A DNA stretch of 64,000 nucleotides, from positions 2,035-66,034 of the forward strand of contig PWJC01000161.1 in the NCBI GenBank assembly GCA_003560165.1, read 5' to 3'. This DNA comes from Bacteroidales bacterium (GTDB lineage: Bacteria > Bacteroidota > Bacteroidia > Bacteroidales > UBA7960). Below, in pieces: positions 51,730 to 61,081 of the stretch. The translations under genes and the position numbers were made by a program. Each line of letters starts with the position of its first letter. Positions within the stretch are counted from its first letter, which is position 1. The notes below the pieces were generated by a model. It worked only from the letters and a program-made list of their open reading frames with translations, did not search any database and had not been told where the DNA came from.

Positions 51730-52383
51730 ATGGAACTCCCGAATGATACATACCGCCACAAGGGGTTAAGGAAAAAACTGGTGGAAGAGGTTCGCTCAAA
51801 AGGCATCCATCACCAGATGGTGTTGGATGCCCTGGAGGCAGTGCCAAGGCATTTTTTCCTGGATTCTTCCTTCCTGGAAATGGCCTACCAGGACAAAGCC
51901 TTCCCCATCGGGTCGGGTCAGACCATCAGCCAGCCCTATACGGTGGCCTTCCAAACGGACCTGCTTGAGGTTCAAAAAGGCGACAGGATCCTGGAGGTCG
52001 GCACCGGTAGCGGCTATCAGGCCTGTATCCTGGCCCAAATGGGTGCCAGGGTTTTTTCCATCGAACGCCATTTGTCGCTGTACCGAAAGACAAAAGCCCT
52101 GCTCGACCTGATGGGGTACCGGGTTAAGTTGTTTTACGGCGATGGTTACAAGGGCCTGCCTGCTTTTTCGCCCTTTCACAGCATCCTGCTGACTGCCGCT
52201 CCCCCCGAGGTGCCGGGGGTCCTGCTGGCACAGCTCAGAACGGGGGGGAGGCTGGTTGTCCCCCTGGGCAAGGGAAACACCCAGGTGATGACCCGTATCA
52301 CCAAAGAGGCGGAAGGGGTTTACAGGGAAGAGCAATTCGGGTATTTCCGTTTTGTGCCCATGCTGGGCGATAAAGCCCCTTGA
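51730..52383 (+). CDS. pcm: Protein-L-isoaspartate O-methyltransferase
   Basis: VPRHFF, GQTISQPY, LEVGTGSGYQ, GGRLVVP, FRFVPM; start probably ATG 51730. Confidence 0.96.
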   Translation: MELPNDTYRHKGLRKKLVEEVRSKGIHHQMVLDALEAVPRHFFLDSSFLEMAYQDKAFPIGSGQTISQPYTVAFQTDLLEVQKGDRILEVGTGSGYQACILAQMGARVFSIERHLSLYRKTKALLDLMGYRVKLFYGDGYKGLPAFSPFHSILLTAAPPEVPGVLLAQLRTGGRLVVPLGKGNTQVMTRITKEAEGVYREEQFGYFRFVPMLGDKAP

Positions 52384-52420
52384 GTTAGTGCCCCGGATGG
52401 CTGGGATGTGCAGACCTGAT

Positions 52421-53647
52421 TCAATCCCTGCTGCTCTTGTCCAGGGCTTCCCTGAGTCCGTTTCCCAGCAGCATGAAGGCGAGTACCATCAGCATGATGG
52501 CTGCCCCTGGCAGCAATGCCAGATAGGCTTTGTCGAGTATGATAAACCCGTAATGCTCTTTGATCATGCTGCCCCAGGATGGCATGGGTGGTTGTACACC
52601 AATGCCCAGGAAGCTCAGACCTGCCTCGATGAGTATGGCCGATGCAAAATTGGCGGCCGATATGACCACTACCGGCCCCATGATCACAGGCAATATATGC
52701 CTCCGCATGATGCGCATGCTGCCCAGTCCCAGTGCCCTGGCCGATTCCACGAATTCTTTTTCCCTGACACTGATCACCTGTCCGCGCACCACCCTGCCAA
52801 CCTCTACCCACATGGTAAGCCCTACGGCCACAAAAACCTGCCAGAAACCTTTACCCAGAGCAAAGGTGATGGCGATGGCCAGCAACAGGGTGGGGATCGA
52901 CCAGACCACATTGATGAACCACAGTATGAGTTGATCGGTCCGGCCCCTGAAAAACCCCGCCAGACTACCAAGGCTCAGTCCGATCAGCAGTGAAATAAGG
53001 ACAGCGATAAAGCCCACCGACAAGGACACCCTGGTGCCTATGACCAGCTGGCTGAGCATGTCCCGGCCAAAACGGTCGGTGCCAAGAACGAAGCGCTGGG
53101 TACGGATGTGCTTGTCCACTACCTGCTCCTGCATCCGGGCAATGCTTCTGCGTTGCTGCCGCCCGTCCAGGGTGGTAAAAACAAGGCTGTCTCCGACCTT
53201 GAGAGGGGGTGGGGCATTGCGATCGAGAGCATACAGTATGTCAGGCAGGGCAAAAAACCCTTCCAGACCGGGATATCCCGGCTGCCCCGGGTAGGTTTCA
53301 TAAACCAGGAGGTCGCTGTCGAACCAATACCGCTGTATGGGGATGGTGTTGTACGGACTGGGAGCTCCCCCCAGCATTTTCCCAAAAAGAGCAGGAGGGG
53401 TATGGGCACGGTTTTCGCGCACATGCAACATCTCCATCTGTGTACCCGGAGGGTGTGCCGACAATTCCAGCTGTTGCCGATTTGCATGGGGGGTGGAGTC
53501 GGGTATGACCAGATAGCCCAGGATGGCCAGCAGCATCGACAGCACGATCCACACCAGGCCGGCCATGGCGGTGGGGATCTTCCGGAACCTCCGCCAGGCC
53601 ATTCTGGTGGGGGAGGCGTTGTTGGTTTTTGGCTTTGTGAGATACAC
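52421..53647 (-). CDS. Peptide/nickel ABC transporter permease (OppC/DppC-like), orphan
   Basis: AWRRF, LGTDRFGRD, EAA loop FVESARALG, HILP, EAGLSFLGIG, PSWG, GNGLREALD. Confidence 0.9.
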   Translation of the reverse strand: MYLTKPKTNNASPTRMAWRRFRKIPTAMAGLVWIVLSMLLAILGYLVIPDSTPHANRQQLELSAHPPGTQMEMLHVRENRAHTPPALFGKMLGGAPSPYNTIPIQRYWFDSDLLVYETYPGQPGYPGLEGFFALPDILYALDRNAPPPLKVGDSLVFTTLDGRQQRRSIARMQEQVVDKHIRTQRFVLGTDRFGRDMLSQLVIGTRVSLSVGFIAVLISLLIGLSLGSLAGFFRGRTDQLILWFINVVWSIPTLLLAIAITFALGKGFWQVFVAVGLTMWVEVGRVVRGQVISVREKEFVESARALGLGSMRIMRRHILPVIMGPVVVISAANFASAILIEAGLSFLGIGVQPPMPSWGSMIKEHYGFIILDKAYLALLPGAAIMLMVLAFMLLGNGLREALDKSSRD

Positions 53648-53734
53648 CCTGGTGTATTAAAAAAACAAAAATAACAAACAATAGCCACGGCTGGCTTGTT
53701 TAAACAAAACAATTGCATTTCGCCTGCAAATCAT

Positions 53735-53742
53735 TACTTTTG
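53735..53742 (+). promoter_or_regulatory. sigmaA -7 element (TACTTTTG) for the thioredoxin-fold gene
   Basis: Consensus match 29 nt before the ATG. Confidence 0.55.
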
Positions 53743-53771
53743 CATGCATTACCTGTTATAAAATATGGACA

Positions 53772-54320
53772 ATGAAACGAATTTCCCTGTTTTTTGCCGC
53801 AACCATCCTGTTTATTCCCCTTTTCCTGAATGCAACCTCGTTCAGGGAAGATGCCAAAGTAAACTGGCTGACCATGGAAGAAGCCGAGGCACTGGCCCTG
53901 GAAGAGCCACGCATGATCTTTGTGGATGTATACACCGACTGGTGCGGGTTCTGCAGACGCATGACGGCCGAAACCTATTCGCATCCGGTGATCGCAGCCT
54001 ACCTGAATGAGAACTTCTATCCCGTAAAATTCAATGCCGAGCAGCACGACCCCATTAGCTTTCAGGGGGTGGAATATGTGAACAAGAACCCCGGTCAGCG
54101 GCGTTCGGCCCACGACTTTGCCATTGCCATTCTGCAGGGGCGGCTGAGCTATCCTACCGTGGTTTTCTTTGACGAAGACATCAGGCTGCTGACGGCTTTG
54201 CCCGGATTCAGGCCCCCGAAAAGCATGGAGGCCGTCCTGGCATTTTTCAGTACACATGCCTATGAAGAAAGCTCCGACCTACAGGGCTTCATTGAGGGTT
54301 TTGTCGGTTCGGTCGACTAA
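53772..54320 (+). CDS. Exported thioredoxin-fold protein (DUF255/SoxW-like)
   Basis: Signal peptide, DVYTDWCGFC, cis-Pro loop SYPT. Confidence 0.88.
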   Translation: MKRISLFFAATILFIPLFLNATSFREDAKVNWLTMEEAEALALEEPRMIFVDVYTDWCGFCRRMTAETYSHPVIAAYLNENFYPVKFNAEQHDPISFQGVEYVNKNPGQRRSAHDFAIAILQGRLSYPTVVFFDEDIRLLTALPGFRPPKSMEAVLAFFSTHAYEESSDLQGFIEGFVGSVD

Positions 54321-55944
54321 GGGGCCTGACCACCTGGTTTTTGTTTCCCGCACACAGTCTGTACACATACCATCGGCAAATGATGGCATTGTAGCTATTG
54401 ATGGCTCCGGTTTTCTTGGCACCCTCCTTTTGTAACTGCTTGTCCATGAGTCCGGTGAATTTTCCATAGCAGAGGAAATCCCGCGAAGCCAGCCGCTTGC
54501 GCCGAATGCTGCCAGGAACCAGGCTGCGCAGCAACTCCCTGAGCCTCTGTGCCCTGATTTTTGCGGGGCTTTCTTTCAGGCCGGTGTTTTTTTCATAAAC
54601 CCCCAGCGGCCTGAAATAGGTTTCTTCCAGCACCTTGTCGTAGAGTTTCTTGTACGATCGGCAGCTATACGGGATTTTGCGGAAGAAGGCACGCAGCCCT
54701 GCATCCCAGAGGGGCAGGCGGAACCCGTAGCCAAAAAACGGGAATACCCTGGCCGAATTGAACACGAAACCCGAGAATTTCTCTTTCAGATCCCAGTCTT
54801 CGGTATACACATCATGGCTTGGCGATACGGCAGCCGGTGGTGGATCATAGCTTTCAAACCACTCCTTCAGCCTTTCGAGTATCCTCTTTTTCTCACTCCC
54901 GGACAGGGGGATGAAACGGAAATACCCTTTCAACAGCCTCTGCAGCCGGTCTGGTCTCCCCCGCCGCTGAGCCAGGGTTTTCTCCACATAGCTGCCCGCA
55001 AGGTAATCGCCGGTATGCCCCGGCAGGAAAATGCTTTCGGGGGGTATCAGCCCCCGCTCTTTCAGCTGCCTTGCGGCAAAGAATTCCTGCAAATAGGGCA
55101 TCGAGGCCAGGTTGCCCATGCTGTCGGCATATTCAAGAAATACCGGGTCTTCCAGCAAGCCTTTTGCCGGAATGCCGGTGTAATCGATAAACAGCCAGGG
55201 GTATCCCAGCTGCCGGGCTACCCGGCGGCTGATAGCCGACTCCCTGCCCGGCTTGCCATAGGTAAAGCAGATTACTTTTTCATACCCCCGCTTTTTAAGC
55301 ATGCAGGCAATGAGCCTGGAGTCGTATCCCCCGCTCAGGGGAACCACTGCGGTACAGCCATTTAAAGAGGCCAGCATGCGGGTGCACAAGTCATCAAGGC
55401 GTTGTTCAAGTTCAGCTTGCAGTTCGGGCAGACCGTCCTGGGAGAAACGTGCCGGCAAAAAATAATGATGGCAACTGGCTTTGGCTTTCCCGGCCAGGGG
55501 CGAAAAATGCAGTATTTCACCGGCCCTGGTCTTGAACACCCCCATTGCCAGGGTTTCCCTGCCCATGACAAAGCCTGCCGATAAAAATTCGGGCAGCACC
55601 CCCTGGTTGATCTCCCTGCCAGGAATCAAGCCCAGCAGTTCATTGGCCGAGTCGCAGATCAGCCAGTGGCCCTTGTGGTGGGCATAGTACAACGAGAACA
55701 TCCGCATGGGATCGACCCCCACAAGGAGGTCTTCGCCCAAACGGACAATGACGGTATAGGCCCCGTCCAGCTCGCCAAGCAGGTTTTTCAGCCCGGTGTC
55801 TGAGTCCACTCCCCTAAACAGCCTGCATGCCTCGCTGCCTTGCAGGAAACGGCCCTTCCGGTCGGTTACATACCCCTTGAAAGAGATCGGCCCTTCCCTT
55901 GCCCAGGTGAATCCTCGATTGTCGGTCAGACTGATACGGATCAT
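54289..55944 (-). CDS. Asparagine-synthetase-like ATP pyrophosphatase (probable polysaccharide amidating enzyme)
   Basis: PP-loop VPLSGGYDSR, GHTGD, RLPLWD; Ntn-like N-domain remnants (LDGAY, DPMRMFSLYY) without Cys1; start probably ATG 55944. Confidence 0.8.
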   Translation of the reverse strand: MIRISLTDNRGFTWAREGPISFKGYVTDRKGRFLQGSEACRLFRGVDSDTGLKNLLGELDGAYTVIVRLGEDLLVGVDPMRMFSLYYAHHKGHWLICDSANELLGLIPGREINQGVLPEFLSAGFVMGRETLAMGVFKTRAGEILHFSPLAGKAKASCHHYFLPARFSQDGLPELQAELEQRLDDLCTRMLASLNGCTAVVPLSGGYDSRLIACMLKKRGYEKVICFTYGKPGRESAISRRVARQLGYPWLFIDYTGIPAKGLLEDPVFLEYADSMGNLASMPYLQEFFAARQLKERGLIPPESIFLPGHTGDYLAGSYVEKTLAQRRGRPDRLQRLLKGYFRFIPLSGSEKKRILERLKEWFESYDPPPAAVSPSHDVYTEDWDLKEKFSGFVFNSARVFPFFGYGFRLPLWDAGLRAFFRKIPYSCRSYKKLYDKVLEETYFRPLGVYEKNTGLKESPAKIRAQRLRELLRSLVPGSIRRKRLASRDFLCYGKFTGLMDKQLQKEGAKKTGAINSYNAIICRWYVYRLCAGNKNQVVRPLSRPNRQNPQ

Positions 55945-56001
55945 GCCTTTGTAGTTAATGCCAGTTCTGCTGCAGTGCCTGCTTTTTGTGCACTTCACAG
56001 A

Positions 56002-57201
56002 CTACTGAAACTTGTGCGCAAGCAGGCTTTTGTAAAGCGCCAGGTAGTGCCCTGCCACGACTTCCTTGCTGAAGCGGGCCCGGGCATAACGGCGGATCGC
56101 ATCCGCCTTGTATTGCTCGTGCTGTTGCACCATCTGTTCCATGGCCAAGGCCAGTTGGCCAGGATTGCCGGGGGCAACCAATATGCCTGTGTCGGGGGTG
56201 ACAATGTCGGCGGGCCCGCCCGAATCGGTAGCGATCACTGGCAGTCCGGCCGACATGGCCTCTATGATCACCACGCCAAAGGCCTCGAAATGAGAGGGCA
56301 CTACCAGGGCGTTGGCCTGGTGCAGGGCCGAGAGCACCTGACTGCGCGAAAGCCTGCCAAGGAACTCTGCTTGCCCACTGAGGCCCAGCGAAATGCAGAG
56401 TGTTTTCAAGGCCTCCCTTTGTGGGCCGTCGCCGCCAATGACCAGCCTGGTCGCGGGTGGGAGTGAGGGCCTGGCCCTGGCAAAGGCATTCAGCAACACA
56501 TCCACTCCCTTGATGATCTCCAGATGGGCAATGCACAAAAAGGTGAAAGGACCGGCCTGCTCCTCCCGTTGGCTCCGGGGTGTGAAAAAACCGGTATCCG
56601 TCATGTTCGGGATTACCGAGAACGGCAGACGGGTTTCGGGGCAGAGTGAGCCGATCACCTCCTGCATGCAGGAGGTGACGGTCACAATATGGCTTGCCCC
56701 CGAAAAAGCTTCTTTCAGCAACGGCCGGTGCCACGGCCTGATCAGCCCATGGGCCTTTGCCCCCTGAGGGGTAAAGCGTCCGCGGTGTTCGGTGATCACA
56801 TAGGGGATTCCCCATCTCTTTTTTATCCGTGCGGCAGCAAGCCCGCCCCACATGGCGCTGTGTGCCTGGATCAGGTCGGGGTGCCCATGTTGCCGGGCAT
56901 AGGTAGCATACATGCTCTCGGCTCTCGCGATCCAACGCTGGCAGTTGAGGCGGTCGGCCATTGGGATGCGGCGAAAGATGCTGGTAATCTCCCTAAGGCC
57001 CTCATGACCGATGCTGCGCTGCCTCCACCTTCCTGCAATGAATTCGCGGGGGTGGCTGCTCACTCCGGTCTCAAGGGGGGCCAGCACCGCTACCCCGGCA
57101 GGCGATACCTGCAGGGCCAGGCTGTGCTCCCTGAAGAAGGTCCCTCCAAAAGGCGGGTACCACGAGGGGATGACCAGGATATGAATGTCTTTTTTTTGCA
57201 C
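56002..57201 (-). CDS. Glycosyltransferase family 4 (GT-B)
   Basis: IPSWYP, PYVITEH, KGVDVLL, EAFGVVIIEAMSAGLPVIAT. Confidence 0.92.
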   Translation of the reverse strand: MQKKDIHILVIPSWYPPFGGTFFREHSLALQVSPAGVAVLAPLETGVSSHPREFIAGRWRQRSIGHEGLREITSIFRRIPMADRLNCQRWIARAESMYATYARQHGHPDLIQAHSAMWGGLAAARIKKRWGIPYVITEHRGRFTPQGAKAHGLIRPWHRPLLKEAFSGASHIVTVTSCMQEVIGSLCPETRLPFSVIPNMTDTGFFTPRSQREEQAGPFTFLCIAHLEIIKGVDVLLNAFARARPSLPPATRLVIGGDGPQREALKTLCISLGLSGQAEFLGRLSRSQVLSALHQANALVVPSHFEAFGVVIIEAMSAGLPVIATDSGGPADIVTPDTGILVAPGNPGQLALAMEQMVQQHEQYKADAIRRYARARFSKEVVAGHYLALYKSLLAHKFQ

Positions 57202-57243
57202 AATAAGCCACGAAATGTAGGAATAAATTTCGAAAAAAACCTG

Positions 57244-57251
57244 TATATTTG
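57244..57251 (+). promoter_or_regulatory. sigmaA -7 element (TATATTTG) for tRNA-His
   Basis: Perfect consensus 15 nt before the tRNA. Confidence 0.75.
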
Positions 57252-57266
57252 CAGTCGCAATAAAAC

Positions 57267-57341
57267 GGTGGCTGTAGCTCAGTAGGTTAGAGCATCAGAT
57301 TGTGGTTCTGAGGGTCGTGGGTTCGAGTCCCATTAGCCACC
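57267..57341 (+). tRNA. tRNA-His (anticodon GTG) with encoded G-1; CCA not encoded
   Basis: G-1:C73 pair, GTGGCTG/TAGCCAC acceptor stem, TCAGA-TTGTGGT-TCTGA anticodon arm, GTTCGAGTC T-loop. Confidence 0.97.
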
Positions 57342-57345
57342 CTAC

Positions 57346-57372
57346 AAGCAGGTCGACAGACCTGCTTTTTTT
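57346..57372 (+). terminator. Intrinsic terminator after tRNA-His
   Basis: AAGCAGGTC-GACA-GACCTGC followed by T7. Confidence 0.88.
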
Positions 57373-57508
57373 ATGCTGCAAGGGGAGGGGAAAGGTCCGG
57401 GGTTATTCCTCCTGTAAAAAACATACAAAATGCTGGTGTATAGAAGGACCCGCTTTGCTTTACCATACGGGTTTTTTATGAGTCTGATTATACAAAAAAA
57501 ATATCATG

Positions 57509-57516
57509 TACATTTG
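57509..57516 (+). promoter_or_regulatory. sigmaA -7 element (TACATTTG) for ccmBCDE
   Basis: Consensus match 35 nt before the ccmB ATG. Confidence 0.6.
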
Positions 57517-57551
57517 AGTACTGTTTTTACCAATACCAACAGACTTTAGCA

Positions 57552-58211
57552 ATGTGGTTTTCCGAGACCCTGGTCATGCTGCGCAAAGAGTTTGTCCTTG
57601 AGTGGCGGCAGAAATTTGCCATCAGCGGCATCCTCCTCTACCTGGTGTCGACGGTGTTTGTCAGCTACCTGGCCTTCGAGGGGGTGATCCCGGCAAACAC
57701 CTGGAACGCCCTGTTCTGGCTGATCATGCTCTTTGCCGCCGTAAACGCTATCCTGAAAAGTTTTATCCAGGAACACGAAGCTAGGCAATTGTATTATTAT
57801 ACCCTGTCGGGTGCACGGGGTGTGATCAATGCCAAGATCATCTACAATGCCCTGCTGATGGCGGCACTCGGGCTGGCAGGCTTTTGGGTTTTTGCGGGCT
57901 TTATGGGCAATCCCGTCGGATCGTCCGGCTTGTTCCTGGTTAATTTGCTGCTGGGCATGCTAGGGTTTTCATCGGTACTCACCCTGATATCGGCCATTGC
58001 TTCCCGGGCCCGGAACAACTTCACCCTGATGGCAGTGCTTGGCTTCCCTCTGGTGCTGCCCCTTTTGCTGCTGCTCATACGCAACTCCTCGGCCGCCCTT
58101 TCGGGGGCTGGTATGGCGGCGTCCGTGCCCGATCTGCTGATCCTCGTTCTGTTGATTTTTATTGCCCTTAGCCTGTCCAACCTTTTATTTCCGTATATTT
58201 GGAAAGAATAG
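57552..58211 (+). CDS. ccmB: Heme exporter protein B (cytochrome c maturation)
   Basis: 219 aa, ~6 TMs, KEFVLEWR, AKIIYN, LMAVLGFPLVLPLL; adjacent to ccmC. Confidence 0.88.
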   Translation: MWFSETLVMLRKEFVLEWRQKFAISGILLYLVSTVFVSYLAFEGVIPANTWNALFWLIMLFAAVNAILKSFIQEHEARQLYYYTLSGARGVINAKIIYNALLMAALGLAGFWVFAGFMGNPVGSSGLFLVNLLLGMLGFSSVLTLISAIASRARNNFTLMAVLGFPLVLPLLLLLIRNSSAALSGAGMAASVPDLLILVLLIFIALSLSNLLFPYIWKE

Positions 58212-58221
58212 ACATGAGTGT

Positions 58222-58908
58222 ATGTATTGGTTCAGACATAATTGGTGGAAGGCAGCAGGGATCCTTCTCATGCTCTATGTGATATTCGGAGGGCTGCTTT
58301 TTGAGGTACCTCATTTGCCGGTGGTCAGGCAAACCATACGCAACATTTATTTCCATGTGGGCATGTGGTTTGCCATGATGTTCATCCTGGCGGTTTCCCT
58401 GGTATACAGCATCCGTTTCCTTGCCCATGGAAGGCCTGCCGATGACGGCAGGGCCCTGGCTGCAGTAAAGGCCGGGCTCTTATTCGGCATACTAGGCCTG
58501 CTTACCGGCATGATCTGGGCGAGGTTTACCTGGGGAAGCTTCTGGGTGAACGATCCCAAGCTCAATGGGGCCGTGGTGGGCTTGCTTACCTATTTTGCCT
58601 ATATGCTGCTGCGGCATTCCCTCGAAGAGGATGACAAGAGGGGCCGCCTGGCCGGGGTATATAATGTATTTGCCTTTGTAATGTGTTTTGTGTTCATCAT
58701 GATACTGCCGCGGCTGGCCCCTGCCTCGATACATCCCGGCATAGACGGGAATCCTGCTCTTTCTGCCGGCGATCTTGCTCCAGGAATGCGCAAGGTATTT
58801 TTCCCTGCCATGGCCGGATGGTTTATCATGGCCTGGTGGCTGTTTTCGGTGATCGACCGGCTGGATGCCATTGAACGAAAAATTGCTGAACTCATTGATA
58901 ATCCATAA
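58222..58908 (+). CDS. ccmC: Heme exporter protein C (WWD-domain heme-handling protein)
   Basis: RNIYFHV (His1), TGMIWARFTWGSFWVNDPK WWD domain, SIHP (His2); start ATG 58222. Confidence 0.9.
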   Translation: MYWFRHNWWKAAGILLMLYVIFGGLLFEVPHLPVVRQTIRNIYFHVGMWFAMMFILAVSLVYSIRFLAHGRPADDGRALAAVKAGLLFGILGLLTGMIWARFTWGSFWVNDPKLNGAVVGLLTYFAYMLLRHSLEEDDKRGRLAGVYNVFAFVMCFVFIMILPRLAPASIHPGIDGNPALSAGDLAPGMRKVFFPAMAGWFIMAWWLFSVIDRLDAIERKIAELIDNP

Positions 58909-58911
58909 ACC

Positions 58912-59070
58912 ATGCTCGAAGCAGACGGGAAAATACTGGTGGTGGCCCTGGTGATGGCGGTGATATTTCTGGGCATTGCCGCCTTTCTGTTCTACCTCGA
59001 ACGGCGGTTGTCGTCGGCCGAAAAAAAGCTGAAAAAACTCGGGGAAGCAAAAAAACACCCACCCCAATGA
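58912..59070 (+). CDS. ccmD: CcmD-like small membrane protein (52 aa; below the ORF-track cutoff)
   Basis: Hand-translated MLEADGKILVVALVMAVIFLGIAAFLFYLERRLSSAEKKLKKLGEAKKHPPQ: one TM plus a basic tail, ATGA-coupled to ccmE. Confidence 0.82.
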   Translation: MLEADGKILVVALVMAVIFLGIAAFLFYLERRLSSAEKKLKKLGEAKKHPPQ

Positions 59071-59468
59071 AAAAGTCGCAACTGATCGCTCTGGTATTTG
59101 CCGTGATCGCCATTGGAGCCATCATCAGCGCGGTATATAATGCCGACACCTATGCTTCCTTCTCGGAGGCCAGGCTGCATCCCGAAAGGGAATTCCATAT
59201 TATCGGGCAGTTACTCAGGGAAAGGCCGGTTGAGGAGAAAGTGATCGACAACACCCTGGTGCTGTCGTTTTACATGAAAGACCAGCTGGGTGCGGTGGCG
59301 CAGGTAATATATCAGGGACCCAAACCCCCTGATTTTGAGCAGTCGGACGAGGTGGTGCTGATCGGCAAATACACTGCCGCCGGATTTGTGGCCAGTAGCC
59401 TGCTGCTGAAATGTCCATCAAAATACAAGCCTGACCAGAGCGGACCCACCGAATACCGGTTTGACTGA
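59067..59468 (+). CDS. ccmE: Heme chaperone CcmE, CxxxY variant
   Basis: N-terminal TM, YQGPKPPDFE...VVLIG, LLKCPSKY. Confidence 0.9.
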   Translation: MKKSQLIALVFAVIAIGAIISAVYNADTYASFSEARLHPEREFHIIGQLLRERPVEEKVIDNTLVLSFYMKDQLGAVAQVIYQGPKPPDFEQSDEVVLIGKYTAAGFVASSLLLKCPSKYKPDQSGPTEYRFD

Positions 59469-59484
59469 AAAAGGACCGATCGCC

Positions 59485-60417
59485 TCAGGAAGACAGCCTT
59501 TTGATAATCTTTGGCAGGTTTTTAAGAAAGGCCAGTTCCTTCATCTTTTCGCGGGCGGGCTGTACGGGCGATCCGAAATAGGTCATGTTGCCCCTGAGTG
59601 ATTTGGAAACACCCGACTGTCCGAGCACTACAGCACCTTTGCCGATGCACAGGTCTTTCTGCACCCCGACCTGTCCCCAGAGGATGACATCGTCTTCGAT
59701 GTTCACACAGCCTGCCACCCCGACCTGGGCGGCAAAAAGGCAGTTCTTCCCGACGATGGTATCGTGGCCGATCTGGATGAGGTTGTCCAGCTTGCTGCCG
59801 GCACCGATGACGGTATTGCCCGAAACCCCTTTGTCGATGGTGGTGTTGGCCCCGATCTCCACATGATCCTCAATGACCACCCCTCCGCAGGATTCCAGTT
59901 TGTCGAGATGGCCGGGGCGGCGTTTAAAGTAAAAGGCATCGGCCCCGATGATGGCGCCCGAATGAATGATCACATGATCGCCAATGACAGAATGGTCGTA
60001 TATGCTGACATTGGCGTGGATCAGGCAGTTCTTTCCGATGCTGACATGATTGCCCACAAAGCTTCCAGGCTGAATAACAGTGCCCTCGCCAATGGAGGCC
60101 GAAGGGCTGATCATTGCCTGAGACTGCCGGAAAGGCCGGAAATGTTTGACCAGGGTTACGAAGTCCCTGAAAGGATCGTCGGAGAAGATCAATGCCTTGC
60201 CGTTGTGGGAAACCATTTTCTGGTTGATGATGATGGTAGACGCCGCCGACTCCAGCGCCTTCCTGTAATATTTTGGATGATCAACAAAGGTCAGGTCGCC
60301 TTTTTGTACCCTGTGGATCTCACTGATTCCGCTCACGATGGATGTGGGGTCGCCAATAAAATCGGCTTTGATCATCCCGGCGATGACTTCTAATGTCTGT
60401 GGAGGTGATAATTGCAT
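59485..60417 (-). CDS. LpxD-like UDP-3-O-acyl-glucosamine N-acyltransferase (second, shorter paralogue)
   Basis: GDLTFVD..KY N-domain, hexapeptide repeats, EIGANTTIDKG, KLDNLIQIGHD. Confidence 0.85.
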   Translation of the reverse strand: MQLSPPQTLEVIAGMIKADFIGDPTSIVSGISEIHRVQKGDLTFVDHPKYYRKALESAASTIIINQKMVSHNGKALIFSDDPFRDFVTLVKHFRPFRQSQAMISPSASIGEGTVIQPGSFVGNHVSIGKNCLIHANVSIYDHSVIGDHVIIHSGAIIGADAFYFKRRPGHLDKLESCGGVVIEDHVEIGANTTIDKGVSGNTVIGAGSKLDNLIQIGHDTIVGKNCLFAAQVGVAGCVNIEDDVILWGQVGVQKDLCIGKGAVVLGQSGVSKSLRGNMTYFGSPVQPAREKMKELAFLKNLPKIIKRLSS

Positions 60418-60427
60418 CCGGCTGTTG

Positions 60428-60991
60428 TTACTTTACTCTTTCTGAATAGGTGTTGTTGCGGGTGTCGACTCTGATCTTCTCGCCCGTATCGATAAACAGC
60501 GGCACATTGACCACGGCTCCGGTTTCGACCGTGGCGGCTTTCAGAGCGTTGGTGGCGGTGTCTCCTTTAGCCCCCGGTTCGGTGTAGGTCACTTCCAGGT
60601 CGACAAAGGGAGGGAGTTCGCAGCTAAGGGGGGTTTCCGAATCGACATGGTAAACGATCTCCACTTCCTGGCCCTCCTTTAACAGTTGGGGGGCATTGAT
60701 CAGGTGTTCTTCCAGGCTGATCTGCTCAAAGGTGTGGCTGTGCATGAAATGATAACCCAGGTCGTCCTTGTACAAGAACTGGTAAGGCCGCCTCTCAACC
60801 CTGGCCACATTGACCTTGACCCCTGCATTGAATGTATGCGACAGCACCTTGCCGGTTTTCAGGTTTTTCAGTTTGGTGCGCACAAATGCCCCTCCCTTGC
60901 CGGGTTTGACATGCTGAAATTCTACGATGGTGTATAATTCGTTGTTTAATTCCAAACAAAGTCCGTTGCGAAAATCTGAAGTGGTTGCCAT
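60428..60991 (-). CDS. efp: Elongation factor P
   Basis: [37 protein letters not shown]; start ATG 60991. Confidence 0.97.
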   Translation of the reverse strand: MATTSDFRNGLCLELNNELYTIVEFQHVKPGKGGAFVRTKLKNLKTGKVLSHTFNAGVKVNVARVERRPYQFLYKDDLGYHFMHSHTFEQISLEEHLINAPQLLKEGQEVEIVYHVDSETPLSCELPPFVDLEVTYTEPGAKGDTATNALKAATVETGAVVNVPLFIDTGEKIRVDTRNNTYSERVK

Positions 60992-61032
60992 AAATAAAAG
61001 GATTGAAAACTGCCTGAATGACGATTCCGCCA

Positions 61033-61040
61033 CAAAAGTA
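61033..61040 (-). promoter_or_regulatory. sigmaA -7 element (TACTTTTG) for efp
   Basis: CAAAAGTA on the + strand, 41 nt upstream of the efp ATG. Confidence 0.6.
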
Positions 61041-61081
61041 ATAAAAATATCACAGCACGGCCCTTATTGCTGCATTTGGCC

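Noticed and set aside
54289-55944. AsnB-like protein as a lasso-peptide cyclase
   Set aside because: No precursor peptide, B1/RRE or B2 protease gene is nearby; the glycosyltransferase neighbour favours glycan modification
57267-57480. tRNA-His (and tRNA-Leu at 44856) as integration sites for an island
   Set aside because: No integrase and no duplicated tRNA 3' end seen; the flanking genes look native
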